DNA from: Lepidodermella squamata
Taxonomy: Eukaryota; Animalia; Gastrotricha
Direction: 5' to 3'
Length of the DNA stretch: 64,000 nt
Assembly (NCBI GenBank): GCA_047495785.1
Contig: JBLDXI010000017.1
Span: 1,426,001-1,490,000, forward strand
Shown here: positions 42,632-58,505 of the stretch, one piece after another
How positions within the stretch are numbered: the first letter of the stretch is position 1
Layout: every line of letters begins with the position of its first letter
Translations under genes and position numbers: made by a program
Notes under the pieces: generated by a model
What the model was told of the DNA's origin: nothing
The model's database searches: none
What the model saw: only the letters and a program-made list of their open reading frames with translations

Positions 42632-43679
42632 TAACTTTCAATGCAGCCTATTGTTCGTTAATTAAACTCGAACCGCTGAAGTGAACTAAATTTGAGGACT
42701 CGGCATTGCTGAGACAGTGTTTTGAGGCGGCGCATACGTGAGTCGAGTGCGAGACTCGCTTTAACACTTTTTAATGTCTTTGTGTGTGTGTTCAACTTTC
42801 GGGAAAAACCGCGAGACATCAACAATAATAGCGTGAGCGGCTACCATGCAGATGTTCCACGCAGAGAAGATGATTTCGTTTTACACTGCTACTACAACTA
42901 CTTTGTTTTCGGTATTATCTATGAAAACAAACGTCGCGCGCAAACAGTTTATACATTCAGTGTGCCGGTTTTTCGTCGTGAAATTTTGCCTCAAGTCAGA
43001 CGTAATTTATAGAAAGAGTTGAATAAAAATGATACCAGCTTTACGTATTAGCCTTCAAGACATTCAACCTAGCAATTAGTATCAGCTACGCTGCTGTAAA
43101 CATTGCTTTGAACAAATTTTACGCTTTATTTAATGATAACGACCTGCTTTTTAGCCGTCAATTATCTGCATAAAGGCCATTAAAACTGGCCCATTTAAAC
43201 TTGCCTTTTATAATTCTACTCTGGTATCGTAATAAGTCAACAATATTTATAGCTGATATTATCGTCTGCTTTATTAACAACTCAACATGTTCAAATTTTT
43301 TCAAAATTTTCGCGCATGGTGGCTTGTGAACGAAAAACATAACTTTGTATGGAAAAAACTAAAAACAAGTCGAAAACAGGGGAGATATATTCAATAATAT
43401 ATAATTAGGCACAATGTTGCGCTTGAGAAAATAAAATGTGATCGTAGCATTAGAGAGATCTAGGCTGGTTTTTATAGACAGTAATATATTACCGACATTT
43501 TCTCTTTTTTTTAAGCTGGGTTTTCAAACAAAGGCGATAAAAATGTAAAATTATATAAAACGTCTATTGAACATCGGACTTTCCAATGTCGGTTATTGAT
43601 AAAGAAGTGCTTGCTTCGTAGCTTTTCCGCCTGGTCGTTGCTGGTGAAAGTGGCGCTAATAGATTGCTATCTTGAAGGT

Positions 43680-45356
43680 CTATAAAATGTCCTCATTAGA
43701 TGACGCGAAATTCGGGAAAAAATCACAAAGCTCACTTATACAACTGAAAGAATCGCGCATGGTTTCTTCGTTCGCATCGCCGACTACATCGGCTTCATCC
43801 GCAGCAGCAGTCTGGTCCGGGTTGTTGAACTTCCACTCGCCGTTTTTACCTTTGTGAACCGCAAAGCCAGCTTTTTCCATCACTTTTTGTGTCGATTCAC
43901 CTGTTGGTAGTAAAACGAGAAAATGTATCGAAATTCTGTTAAAATACCGTCAGACTTTGGGGCGGTGAGGGTCACTTTGACAAGCCGAAATAGGGTGAGT
44001 TGGGCCTATCAAAAACTGAAGGTGAACAAGGTAGATACCCCATGAGTGGCGTACCTTGCATAGCCCAAGAAAACATCAATACAACTCATTTCCGAAAATG
44101 GCAGAACAGGTAAAGGTATGTAAAAATTATGGAAATGGGAATTTTCGGTGGCTGCGCAACAGAGGCCTCTTCCTCATAATGGAAATGATTTGGCATTTTC
44201 AGACTGCCCTTTCTCCAGGCAATCCAAGGGTACCCCACTCGTGTAGTCTTTACCTAACCACCTTCGATTTTTGATAGACCAAAGTCACCCCATTTCGGAA
44301 TCTCAAAAAGACCACATTAGAGATTTTACAACTTGGCACGTTCACATTACATTATCGATATTTCTTGCGTCCTGTTTATGGAAGAAACGCTGATGAAGGA
44401 TGAAAACAAAGTACGCCAGAAATAAACCTCACTCCCAGGTTTCTGCCATAGTCAATTTTAGCTTTATTTAAATTTACAAAAGTAATGTGTAAAAAAATTG
44501 AAAAATCTCAAATTTCAGATTTTTTCAAAATTAAAAAAATTGGAAAATAATTTCATTTTATTCACATATAAATTTAAAAATGAATGATTTAAAAATTAAA
44601 AATTCATAAATTATATTAAAATTAAATTTTATACTTCTTTACTTATTATCTAAATTTTTATTTTTTTTCTAAAAATTTGAATGACTTACCAGTCGACAAC
44701 ATGATATCAAGCGATGCTTTTCCGCTGTTGATCAGAAGTGAAATAATATGTGCACTTTTGTTGGTCGTCGCCAGCGACAACGCCGTTTCGCCGCTATTGT
44801 TCTTCAAATCCACCTTAAGGGCGCCGAAGCGATGGAAAGACCTGACGAGTAGGCGAACGGCAAGGTCGTTGCCGCTTTTCACCGCATAAATCAGCGGCGT
44901 ATTGCCTTGTTTATCCGCAATGTTCGGGTCGATTTTCGAGCACGCTATGAGCACTTGAATGACATCGAGCAAATTCATGGTTACAGCGTGACTCAACGCT
45001 GTTCGCCCGTCGTTATCTGTCACGTTCGCGTCGGCGTGGTGGCGAAGTAGCATGTCAACCATGCGCTGCCGAATAACAGGCTCCTTCACCCAACACGCTT
45101 GCATCAACGGCGTCCGGCCGTTGGCAGCCGGGTCTTTTGCATTGACAACACTTGGCAGTTCGGCGGCGTCGATCGAACTCAGTAAAATTTTCAGCTTTTT
45201 CAAGCTCTCTTCCATGATGGCTTGAACTACTTTTTTCGCCGTTTGAGTTGATATTGCATCGCCGATTTCAGGTCGATAGGTTACGCCTTTCCCGAAACCT
45301 GGCCCTACGAGGGCCTCGGCAAGGGACACTGAAGGTTTGTTCCAAGAGAAAGCCAT
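43680..45356 (-). CDS. Ankyrin-repeat protein (ANKRD63/ANKRD34-like)
   Basis: GRTPLMQAC, GRTALSHAV, GNTPLIYAV and GETALSLA ankyrin repeats; second exon ~43900-43680. Confidence 0.8.
43970..44312. mobile_element. Degenerate foldback/MITE-like inverted repeat in the ankyrin-gene intron
   Basis: ccgaaatagggtgagttgggcctatcaaaaactgaaggtg is an imperfect reverse complement of caccttcgatttttgatagaccaaagtcaccccatttcgg; arms extend ~90 bp. Confidence 0.55.
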
Positions 45357-47658
45357 AGGTATTCAAAAAATAGACACTACGATTTCAAATCGTAATATTT
45401 CTCTGATTAAAAAAGTGAGTCAATGCAACAAATTTGACTCCCACTTCCCTAATTAGTTTCTAAGCTGTCTCTAAATATTATTTAATCACAAATAGAAATC
45501 TGCCCCTATTTTATTAAACTTAAAAAAATCTAACACTCTAATCAGAAGAAAAAATTGAAAAATTTTAATTAGAGCAAAAATCTTGTAATTAATGAATGAA
45601 GGTATAGGCGAATAGAACAACTCGTTAAAGGGGGTTTTCGAGCTCCAATATGACAGGTGCTTCAATAATGGTCGATAAGTTTAGCCGAAGGCAATTTTAG
45701 TAGTCGAGTCTTTTGTAAAAAATCCACTCGAAAAGTACTTTTCGCCCACGAGAAGAGCTATTGCCGCTCTTAAAGTATCTCAATAATAACAATATCTAAG
45801 AACAATAAGTAGCAGCGATGCGTTGCGATCTCCGTTCTATTTCGGGTGTCGATGATAGAAGTAAGGAAGATGGTCTATAATAGCACTATAAACGGCTGGA
45901 CAGGGGCATCGAGCCAAAATTTGAATACTATTATGTGCTATGAAATAAAACGCTTTTCGAATTATATTAAGTGCGCAGCGAGAATTCCGATGCGATTAAA
46001 TTGGGACGTGTAAGATTCATGGCCATGTGATCAATTTCCGTGATTCAATGTATTTAAGCAACACGAAAAACGAAATTTAATACTTTTAAACTATAAATGC
46101 GTATAATATATAGAACGTTGCATTTTGCATTATCTATTTTAACAGGAAAAAAATTGTCTCTCGTGATAGCTGGCGGGCATTTTCGGTATACATTGCGACT
46201 GACTGATCTTAGATGAACGCGAATTGAATGAAATTATGCGCGATAGAAATGTGCGAAGCCGCTCATTCGGTTTTTTTTTGGCTAGGCGCATAATGTCATC
46301 TAAGCTGTGATACTCACGTATATAACGCGCACTGGTATATATACGTGCATATATATGTATTTCATTTACGCGCGCTCACACCATCGGCGACACGGCGACG
46401 CGTCGCAGGATCAAATCATTAGGCGATCGATTTGATGCTCGAAAAAATATCATTACATTACCGCACGGTCATGATGCCGGGTATTTCGCGCTGCTCGTCA
46501 TCATCGTCTCAAGTATGGTGCTCAATCGCTCCGAGGCCGTAAATATTTTCGCATCATATCATGCGCAACGTGTGGTATCGCGCGAATTATCGAGCTGAGA
46601 TGCAAGCGCAGAAGCTCACGGCCGCCGCCTATAAATTACTGACGCGTCTTAAAAAAAAAGGAGCGCGAACAAATTATATTATTTATATAACACATTTTCT
46701 TCTCTGCGCCTATCCTGCACTCGGGTGACGCGAAAAACGAAAAGAAAAGCCGACAAAATCACTAATATGTCGCACGTAACACCCTATTACCGAGGTGCTG
46801 GTGAGGAATGCGTAATATCGAAAATCAGCGACAAGAACCACTACACCCATGTGACGCTATTATAGGTACATAATATAACACGAATTTTAAATTATTTTTA
46901 TTTCATTATAAAGCCTGCTTTAAAAATTCAATGTTTTTTGCGCTCGATTCATTTCCTGAACTACAATTCAAGTTTAAAAAGTGTTAGACCGAAGAATAAA
47001 ACATCCGACCTCAAACGTCATGTGGCGATATTATAGAGGACACTCTACTGAACGCAAAAAAAATGTATTCATCGTTCGCTTTTTTCTGCTTTACCGCAAT
47101 CGAAACAAAAGAGACGCAATATTTTTTCAATTATATTATAGATTTATTTGAACATACACGGCGGTAATTGAATATTGATGAAAAAACATTTCACAATTTT
47201 TGATCCAGTATACACACATGCACATATTATGTGCGCACGTATAATGAAGTTATGATACATTATTTTATTCAAAAAAAAGAAGCACGATACGATTTTTCTT
47301 GAGAAACGCGGATGCCAATACTCTTTTTTGTTATCAAAACAATAGAAAAACAGGCGGAATCTAGGGACCAGCTGGCTTTGACAGTCGCCGAACCGAACTA
47401 TTTTACAGATCATGCTGGTGAACGTCCATTCTGAATTAGAAAAAATGTCGGAGAAATGATGTTAGTCCGGAATATTTTTCTCTGTGATACAGAAAAAAAT
47501 GGTCTATAAAATGCCGCGTTTTAAATGCGAAGCTAACCTAAATTGGATATCGCGGCCTTTCTATTTTTTGCAATTATACGCTTAACGGCCGAGCGAAACA
47601 CTTGGGAATGGAAAAAAATTAATTTAACCTAATTTTGTACATTGTACTGAAAGAATTT

Positions 47659-48499
47659 TCAAGATATCTTACACCTTGGCCATTGTTTTTCTTTCGATGT
47701 CAATGGAACGTAGATAACGTCGAGTAGATCTTGCTTCGAAATTGACCCATCAGCGTTTTTATCGATTTGCTGCAAAATTTGGTTTTCGCCCTCTGGACCA
47801 ACCGGAATCACAAGTCGGCCGCCTGGCGCCAATTGATCAATCAGGGCCTAAATAATAAGATTGAAAAAAAATATTAAAAAATAATCAAATTTAGGCCCAC
47901 CTTTGGAATCTCAGGTGCAGCAGCTCCGACATGAATAGCGTTAAAAGGAGCCGCTTCAGGGTATCCTAGTCGCCCATCGCCCTGCAAGAGCTTCATGTTA
48001 CCCGACTCGAGGAGGGCGTGCAATTTCGGGTCTTTTCGAACGTTAGCATGTGACTCATCTACGAGTTGTTTGATGTGTTCGATGCCTACAACGTGGCCTG
48101 TTGGGCCAACCATGAGGGTCATGGCACAAGTCAAGTAGCCCGAACCCGAGCCGACATCTAAGGCTCTCATGCCTGGTTGAAGGTGGTTCTTCAAAACCTC
48201 CAAGACGTGGCCATGCTGTATGAAAAAAAATAAAAGATTTAGATAAGAAATGACGGAGGAGTCTACCATATGAGGGGCACTAATCGTTGCGGCGTAACCA
48301 ATAGGCTGTGGCGAGTCCATGTAAGGGTGATTTTTGGCGAAAAGGCCGCGATCAACAGCTGACATGGCCTCGATAACCCGCTGTTCACGAATAACCCCAC
48401 TTTCTATCAGAAAATTCGCTAGATTATAAAAAATTCAATCAATTCAATAAAGCAACTTTTCAAGTGGTTGATCAGTTCAAGGTTCTGAGACCGGCTCAT
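47659..48499 (-). CDS. PCMT1: Protein-L-isoaspartate O-methyltransferase
   Basis: [20 protein letters not shown]^[54 protein letters not shown]. The N-terminus may extend upstream. Confidence 0.92.
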
Positions 48500-48852
48500 T
48501 GTTGACAACTTGCAGGATGCCAGCAAAACGCACAGATAAACAGGAACCAACTGAAAGAGAATGATTCAAGATCATTCCGTTGATATTAAAATCCCACCTT
48601 TTTCGGACTTGAGGCTAATCTAGCCCACAGATAGGCGACGGATTTCGGCAGGAGCAACGTTTTCAGCCCGAAAAAACCTATCAAACTATAAGAAAATTCT
48701 GAAATGATAAATAATAATACTTTATTCTTTGATTCGCATTTCAGGTATAAAATAACATTTTTTGTCGGTTTATAATCATCATCACTGAAATGGTCGATGT
48801 GGAAGCAGTTTTCGAGCATTTTCGAGATTTTATTCTCGTGGAAAGCAACATT

Positions 48853-49660
48853 TCAACACTGGTCAACATCTGCGTCAGAAGTCGGCGATGGCACAGAGGC
48901 AATTCTCGGCTTTTTTAAGGCAGCTCGTTTCGTGAGTATGTGAACGCTTATAGCTAACAGCGAAGATAGGAATCCAATTAAGGTGGCTGATTTAGCTCCA
49001 ATTGGGCTTTTACAACCAGCTGGTCTCGGCAACCAGTGGTAGGCAAGAATGGCGTCAAGCGTGTACCGTAACGTTGCAGCCCATAAAATCGACTGCTTTT
49101 CTCGCTCGGCAGTTCCGCGTCTCAGCGATATTAAATTGGATGTGATTTCAACCAAACATGAAACCAGCCAGGACAGCATTGAAACCTGAAATGTTCATTT
49201 TATTCACTCAACCCATTCCATTCGATAATGAATTACCGTTAATAGGCCATTTTGTAAGGCACTGGCTGGTTTCAGGATACCATGATCGAACAGGAATAAC
49301 ACGTGATCGATCGGGAAAAATATTTGAGCACTAATTGTGCTTATCGAGTTCAAAATCGATGGAAGCGGGTCGTTTCTATCATATTGGATCATTCCGTTTT
49401 GAATATTGCTATAAAATTCGCCTGATATTTAGAAAAAAATTCGCGAAATGCAACTTGGACTACCTCATCATGAAAGGCACGTTGTCGAATACGCGAAGCA
49501 GCGTTCTCGTCGCTGAAATTTGTTGAGCAAGCGGTTTCAAATTTTGTCCAGCAGCACCACGAGACATTAGAAACGAAATCAAATTCTGAGTAAGCCGCAT
49601 AACTCGGTCCCTGCCATCAGTTGTTTGGCACAAATCGACAATAACTTCCATTGCTGCCAT
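48853..49660 (-). CDS. PEX11: Peroxisomal biogenesis factor 11 (PEX11 gamma-like)
   Basis: TTDGRDRVMRLTQ, ISATRTLLRVFDNVP, QIFFPIDHV, DAILAYHWLP, GFLSSL. Confidence 0.8.
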
Positions 49661-50235
49661 GTTAAAAGAGCTTATCAACAATTCACTAGAAAAATCCAAA
49701 TTTCAACCAAAAAAATTAACAACACCTGATATTTTATTTTAGCTGATTTAATCCTTATATTAATAGAATATCTGTTTTTATATTTTCCCGATTTTTATAT
49801 TAGCCCGTGCATAGCGATGAGTTATAAGTTTGTTCACAGAAGATTACATGTTCACAAATGATAATTTTTGCACGTAACCTCTGTTTTACGGTGATGCAGA
49901 TTCAAACCTTGAGCAATTTAAAAAATATTACATACAAATCAAACAGAAAAACAAACACCACAATGAGCAGTATAAAAAAATTACAACAATATTATGATTC
50001 AATGCCACTGATTATTGCATCGATTGAGACATACGTGTTATTATTTTTTGGAAATGTTTTTGAGGCAAATATCATACAAAACGATTGTCACGTTATTGCC
50101 GAGTTAAAAACGAAGCATTAGTTTTAGCAAGATTATTCGGCGAGCTTTGTGAGATTTAATTATAGCGTTCTGAGAACAATTTATACTACTTTTTATATAC
50201 AACAACAAACTTAAAACAAAGCAATTGAGAAAATG

Positions 50236-51015
50236 TCAGGCGCAGTCAAAAAACTCGCCGGCATTGTGAGCGTCGTACCAGTCGTTGGTGATTCTTTGCG
50301 AGGTCGGATTAGCTCGGACCGAAGTCAGAACAGTCAAATTTTGCTTTCTCACAGACCCATCCAGCAGTTTGTCAACCTGTTGCAAAGTGTGACCAGATTC
50401 GTCGAATTTGACTGGGAACAGCAGCTTTCCACCAGGTCTCAATTGATCGATCAACAGCTGCAAGAACAGTTAAGGTGGGTGTGATAATGCGAGTTAATAC
50501 CTTATTACCTGAGGTATGTAAGGAACCAAAATGTCGACGTAAATAGCGTCGAAGGGGCTTCGATCAAACTGGCCGAGGCGACCATCGCCAGTCGTAAATC
50601 GAAGTCGACCAGTTTCGTGGAGTGCAACAAGACGGCGATCTTTGTGAATATTCGCAATCGAGAGATCGACTCGAGACTTGGCTGTGTCGATTGCTACGAC
50701 TTCGCCAGTCTCCCCGACAAGTAAACCCATCACGGCCGGGACGTATCCCGCGCCTATGCCTACGACAAGAACTCTTTGACCAGGTCTAAGATGGCTTTTG
50801 AGCGTTTCCAGCGCGAATCCATGCATAATATGAAGGACTGTATCGCTTGAAGTATTCGTAAAAACACTGTACAGATGCGAATCTGCGAAATGAGAGCGTT
50901 CCAGAGAAGACACGGCATCAATAACACGATTGTCCTTCAGAACACCCGCCCGAATCAATCGACGGGCGAAGTCGTTTTTCTCACATCTCGGACGCTCAAT
51001 ATCCATTTTAATCAT
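50236..51015 (-). CDS. Divergent PCMT-like methyltransferase paralog
   Basis: LRPGQRVLVVGIGAGY, GDGRLG..SPFDAIYV, LIDQLRPGGKLLFPV. SAM motif I Asp is replaced by Val. Confidence 0.75.
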
Positions 51016-51104
51016 GTCAGTTGTTATAAACGTCTAAATAGGATGAGACAATATTCCATAAAAATCAGTCGAAAATTGAGAAAATTCGTATAGAGATCTA
51101 ACAA

Positions 51105-52216
51105 TCAAATACAATGAATAAACGCAGCAGAAATTACTGGAATCGCAAGCCTCTTTCCATTTACCGGCTCGCCGCATGGTAACAATGAAATAACTTGCCA
51201 AGGCGGATAAATTCGAAATATATGCTTTTGATGTTTTACCATCGCATTTTGAATGCGCTTGAAGCTTTCGCTTCTTAACATCAGGTACAATCGTTCGTCG
51301 ACGTTGGTAAAATGATCATCATTCGACCATGGCTCGTTGAATGAATCAAAATCATCAGGTAGCGTAACAAAGGTAGATGAGCAAATAACAGTATCAGGTT
51401 TCAAAACAGGGCTGTGGCACGAAACTGGGTCGATGTAGATATTAAAGCATAGCTTGCTGTCTGAAAAATCACGCCATGATTTCCTGCAAAAATTAGAAAG
51501 AAATACTCACCGCAACGTGTTAGCCTACGGCTGTGAGCAAATGACACGACATCAACATTGCCGCCTTCCTCCCTCAAAAGGCGCTGGAATACCTCCGTTA
51601 AGGGACCTTTCGGTTTACCACTGCGTCTCCTCTTGGAAACCCGCCGCGAAGCGGGAGAATGTAGGCCTAAACTGTCTGATCCCAGCCCAGCAACCTCCGG
51701 GCCGAATTCCACAGTTGTCGCTCGTTGACGAGCGTTATGCGCCAGCAACTCGGTAACAAAGCTTTTTAATGGCTGAACGTCGCTCCGGTCTTCTGATATG
51801 GATGGAGGAATAGCATCGGGAAAGCTTAATATGTCTGAGTCGAAATATTCATGTATTTGAATAGCATCATCGTCACTATCAGAAGCTTCGACAATATCCT
51901 GAGTAAGAGGTTTAGGCGGAGGAAAGCTAGCAATTTCGGGCAGTGGGCGTTTGCGAGAGCGAATAATTGGTGATGTAGCCTCGATTCGGATTTCGTTATT
52001 GAAACTGCTTGGTAAACTGTCGTCCTCTATCATACATTCAGGTCTTTTAGGTGAGACGACTTCCACATGTGAAGTTGGATTTAAAGATTGAGACATTTCT
52101 TCCGAATCTTGAATCGCGTTCGAGAATCCGTTGACGCGTGGTTCATATTTTCCATCTTCATCAGAGTCATCAGAGTCAACAACAAAATAATCGCTATTAA
52201 CGATTTTGAGCGTCAT
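51105..52216 (-). CDS. SPIDR N-terminal-like (DUF4502-type) protein
   Basis: Acidic/Ser-rich N-terminus, KGPLTEVFQRLLREE (cf. GLAERLxxLxxRE), IFRIYPPWQVISL..PV. Confidence 0.55.
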
Positions 52217-53472
52217 CTACATAAAAAATTAAATTATCAATAAAATAAAACCGAATGCTTTTGCGTTAGGGTAATGCTGAGAATGGCACAAACTGGGTGC
52301 GAGAATAGAACAAATTCTGAAAACAGTGTAAATTCAAACATCAAATCGCAACAGAATTAAGAAATTATGTTACTAGCGACAATTCTTGAAGCCCACAGAT
52401 CTCAAATGGCTGCAGTCGGTCAGTCAGTCTAGTCAGCGGTCAAGACCTAAAGTTGCCAAAAGTGTAAGTGATACATGACCAGTGGCCACAAAACCGGCGA
52501 GTGGCGAGTGGCCGGCAGCCAAGAGCCAAGAATCGTTTCTCGACGCTTCTCTGACGCAAGCTGATGAAAGGCAGTTTCAAAATTTCCCTCGCAACTTACT
52601 ACTTTTTAGATTTCACACTTATAAACATAAAGTTCACTACTACATGAAAATATGTCTATTAATTATTTTATCAACAAATTAAAATTACGTAGCAACAACG
52701 CTTTTTCCTAGCAACATTTCCCGATGGACGTTGTTGATCGTTGATTTTTTTAATCGCTTCGAAGGTTTTACTTGAAACCTTTTATTGTACCTTTTATAAA
52801 CGATGGCTCTCGATCCCTTGAATTAACATTCCGTTATGTCTTTGACGTGTTGCTATATTAATGTGATCTTTCCTCTTCCCAGGAAACTGGGTGGTTGGAA
52901 GTAAATTACCATTATGTTTCCATGATGGACACTGATATTTGAATTCGTCAGCGTCAACTCACTGACCTTGTAATCAGCACTGTGGGAGGTGTATCTTTCC
53001 TGTTATTGATCTATCTTTAGCTGATATTTAACTAGTTTCAAGTCCTCTTTTTCGCTTAGCGAGCTCGTTAAGTGTCTAGAATAACTTTCCTTTGAATATC
53101 AGGCAGATGCAATTTTCTCAGAATCTTTGTTAGGTTGACGCTCAATCAAATGAACAATTTTCTAAGGTCTAACTAAATTATAACTATGGGCTATTAGCTG
53201 CTAATCGAAACGAAGTTCCCGGGGAAATAGCGGGATGCTTTCTTATCTTGGATGATCGACAAAATCAGAGCAAATTATTGAGGGAAATAAACCAAAGATA
53301 TAGCGGTGCATTTCTGTGCCTTCTTCAAATTCCCATTTCTTCATAATTTATTTTTTATGTGATGCTTTGGGGGAATCATTCGAAGCCCATTTCCGCACAA
53401 ATATATTTTCACCATTCTTTGATATTTTTTCACTGTGATATATTGACGTCATAATTCATAATAGATTCGTCG

Positions 53473-54287
53473 ATGGATCACAATCTTTTACCGAGAGAAC
53501 TGCTGAAATGGATCCATGGGTTGAATATGCAAGTTCGGGTCCGCAACGCGAAATGGTTAGCTCATATTTAATATTTTTCACTCAACTTTAGTTTAATACT
53601 CTTGATTACAGGGATTCGGTCAATGGGTTTTTGGTTGCCGAAATTCTCTACTCCTATTTTCCTAATGACCTGGATTTAATGCAGTTCTATGATCGTGGAG
53701 AGTCTTTAGATCTCCGGCTACGCAATTGGGGACTTATAAAGCAGGTAATATATTAAATTTCCTAGTTACAAGACTCTATGAATTGACATTTTTCGCATTA
53801 GTTCATGGCGAAAAAGAAGATATCCATTCCTACCGGTCTATGTGATGCAACTATGCATGCCAAAGACGGAGCTGCCGTAATTCTTCTTAGTCAGCTGTTC
53901 GAAATACTCACCAATAGAAAGCTAAGGCACCCTCGACCTCAGCCCCCTCTCGACTTTTCCGATGCCGCATATCAAAATTTGTTACCGCTTCACGCCAGAA
54001 GTAACACTGTCTCAGCGATTCGATCAAACTTACGGCTCACGGAAACCATCGCTACAAAGAACGAAAATATGCAAAGAGACATGATCGCTCGTGTAATCGG
54101 CCGGCAAATCGTCGATCGATACGATCAACGTGAGACAGAGCCTAAAAGATTCGGTATTTTGCCAAGCATCGGACAAAGGTGCCCTCGACGTGAACCTCGC
54201 CCTGGTGAGATGGTCCTCAAGAGCGGCATTCACAGCGCGGATCAAAGCGCCGAGAGAATGTCATCGCTCGTCACAGACCTTGCTTAA
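53473..54287 (+). CDS. SPATA4: SPATA4/SPEF1-type calponin-homology protein (3 exons)
   Basis: LPRELLKWIHGL..RNAKW^DSVNGFLVAEI..YFP, RNWGLIKQ^F, MHAKDGAA..LFEILTNR, YQNLLPLHARS. Confidence 0.8.
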
Positions 54288-54507
54288 ACCATCGATAGAT
54301 TGTTTTTAAATGCCTAAGTTCAACTAATATAATACTGAAAAATTCCCGTTATATTTGAAAACTATTTTTCATGTTCTTTGAAATTGCCATAGTACTTGTT
54401 GCATCTATTTTTATTTGGGATTCGGAGGAATAAATATTGTGAAATTCAATGACGTCAATCTCTAATTGCTATAACAAAAACAACACCACAAAATTGCCCA
54501 GGCAATG

Positions 54508-56302
<1,795 letters not shown>

Positions 56303-58392
56303 CTGACCTGCTTTTTACTCTGACCTCCTAAAGTGAACGTATGGCAGAGGTTGAATACTTGCGATTCTCACCGAGGACAACGCAATGTCGCTCTCGAGTT
56401 GCTAGGTTTTAGTAATGTCGCTTCTAAAATTGATAAGAAAAATGTGTCACCCGCGGCCTTTCATCTATAATTGGGCGCTGTTTTTTTCTAAGTAAATTGC
56501 ATTTTTCGGCGGTAATAGAGGGTGTAAAAGTGCTAAATCGACACACTCATTTGAGGTAATGAAATAAACTAGAAAGGCTGTAGCAAAATTTGGCTGTCTT
56601 GCTTTGTCGAGAAAATATTATTTTAGCGTTTTTTCTCACTTTCTCGGCGGAACGAGGTCACTTATTTAAATGACGCGTTAAAAAACTTGCCGAATCTTCA
56701 AAAGCGCAGCAATTATAGTTCCTTTCATTGCCACCGTGATACGTCGACAACCCTTGACAAATTTCAATGGAGCGATTTTTCAATAGATGTAAAGCGTGCT
56801 CTACGTCATAGCTTTCGTGCTCAAATTAAAGGCACATGATCGACAATATAATAGCTGTAGACTAGATTCAGTCACTACTTAATTAAAATATTGAAATAAA
56901 ATGTCATCTTTTGAGGACGAAAAAATTTGCCAGAAACTATCACTCCGTGTTTAATATTTAAGCTGCATTGGTCTCTTGAAGGAATTTATATTGAAATGGT
57001 GGATTCGTCTGCAACAATATGTATTACAGAGTTATATTAGATGGATCTTATTCACGGCAGGTGGTTGCGGTAAATTGGGTAATGAAAATAATACCGCACG
57101 TTTCTAGTCGATAGAAGCATTCATATTGAATTCTTTCCATTGTGAAACCATTCGATTTGTGGCTATAAATAGATAATTATATGCAGACGCACCGACACCC
57201 GAAAAAATTCTGACCTTACACTCGCCAAGCTTTATATCAAAACAGTGCGTTTATATCCGAGTTTTAATTCACGTTTCAATGCAATCTCGTATTCCGATAT
57301 ACTCTTATTATTAGCTTCGTTAGCAACTGCAACCTGCGACAATATCATATATTGGTAATATCAATTGAGCTCTTCCATTGCACGGTCACATTTCGTGTAT
57401 CAGCTAGGCGTTCCAAATATAGCTGAATGCTGAAATGAAATACCTAAGCGCTTTTCACCGAAGCGAGAAGTCATCGAAAGAATGTTTGATACAACATCAT
57501 AACGCCGTACCTACAAAAATCAAGGCAGCTGAAAATCAGGGCGTATCGGTGGTATATACCTATAATCAGCCGGAAAATAAACAAATAACAACGTTCGTCT
57601 GCTCTATTTTCATCGATGTGTCTACGTACAATCGCAGACAAAACAACGGAAGCGGAAATGTGTACCGCAACCAACGAATTATCGCCGAAGTATTATTTTT
57701 CCAAAATAGCCTTATTCTTCCCTCAGGTGAAAAAATAGCAGGTCAAGAAAAACGCCGGTATTTTGTCGTCAACAGCCAATTTTACTGCGAGTTTCACAAG
57801 AAAAAATAGCCGGGAATTTGAATGAAACATTTGTTTACGCTTTCTTTTCTTCAAATAATAATAGTAATAGTAGCTTCGATATATATATATATATTATTAA
57901 CAATCGTAGTATAATTTGGATTTGAAATTAATACGAACAACGCAACATTAGAACGTCAACTATTCTCTCTCACAGCAGTCAACTATTCTGATATGCGCGT
58001 TTGCAACCGAAAAACTGAAATACAAACCGTCATCGTCATCATACTGCAAAAGTTATTTACGCATTCGTAACTTCAGTTTCCATCAATGATTCAAACATCC
58101 GCTGGGCTGCACACACGCACAAACACGAATTGAATTTTCGCCGAAATAAATACGTGTAGCCAGGAGGTGGATGCGAGGTGTTTTCATTCTCAGTTTCCAT
58201 TAAAAAAAACTTTTTTTATACACGTTTGCCGATTTCGTAGCAACAAGGGATTTGGGGATTAAAAAAACAGAAACTCGAGACAAGACTATAACAACGTTAT
58301 ACAACGAAAATTGTACTTTTTTGTACACGATTTTTCGTGAGGATTAAGTATTGAAAAAAATGAACTATTATTATCGAATAATATTAGCGATG

Positions 58393-58505
58393 AACGAATG
58401 AATGAATGAATGAATGAAATATAACAAAACAGAATATGCGATTCGAGAAGAAGAAATCAGAAACAAAGCTCAAGAGTGCTCATCATCATCATCATCATCA
58501 TCATC
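58393..58505. repeat. (GAAT)n and (CAT)n microsatellites
   Basis: gaatgaatgaat... at ~58393-58418 and catcatcat... at ~58479-58505. Confidence 0.9.

Noticed and set aside
45400-47600. Long non-coding stretches (also 33000-34900 and 56400-59800) as possible ncRNA loci
   Set aside because: No recognisable tRNA, rRNA or snRNA structure seen; consistent with upstream regulatory regions and UTRs.
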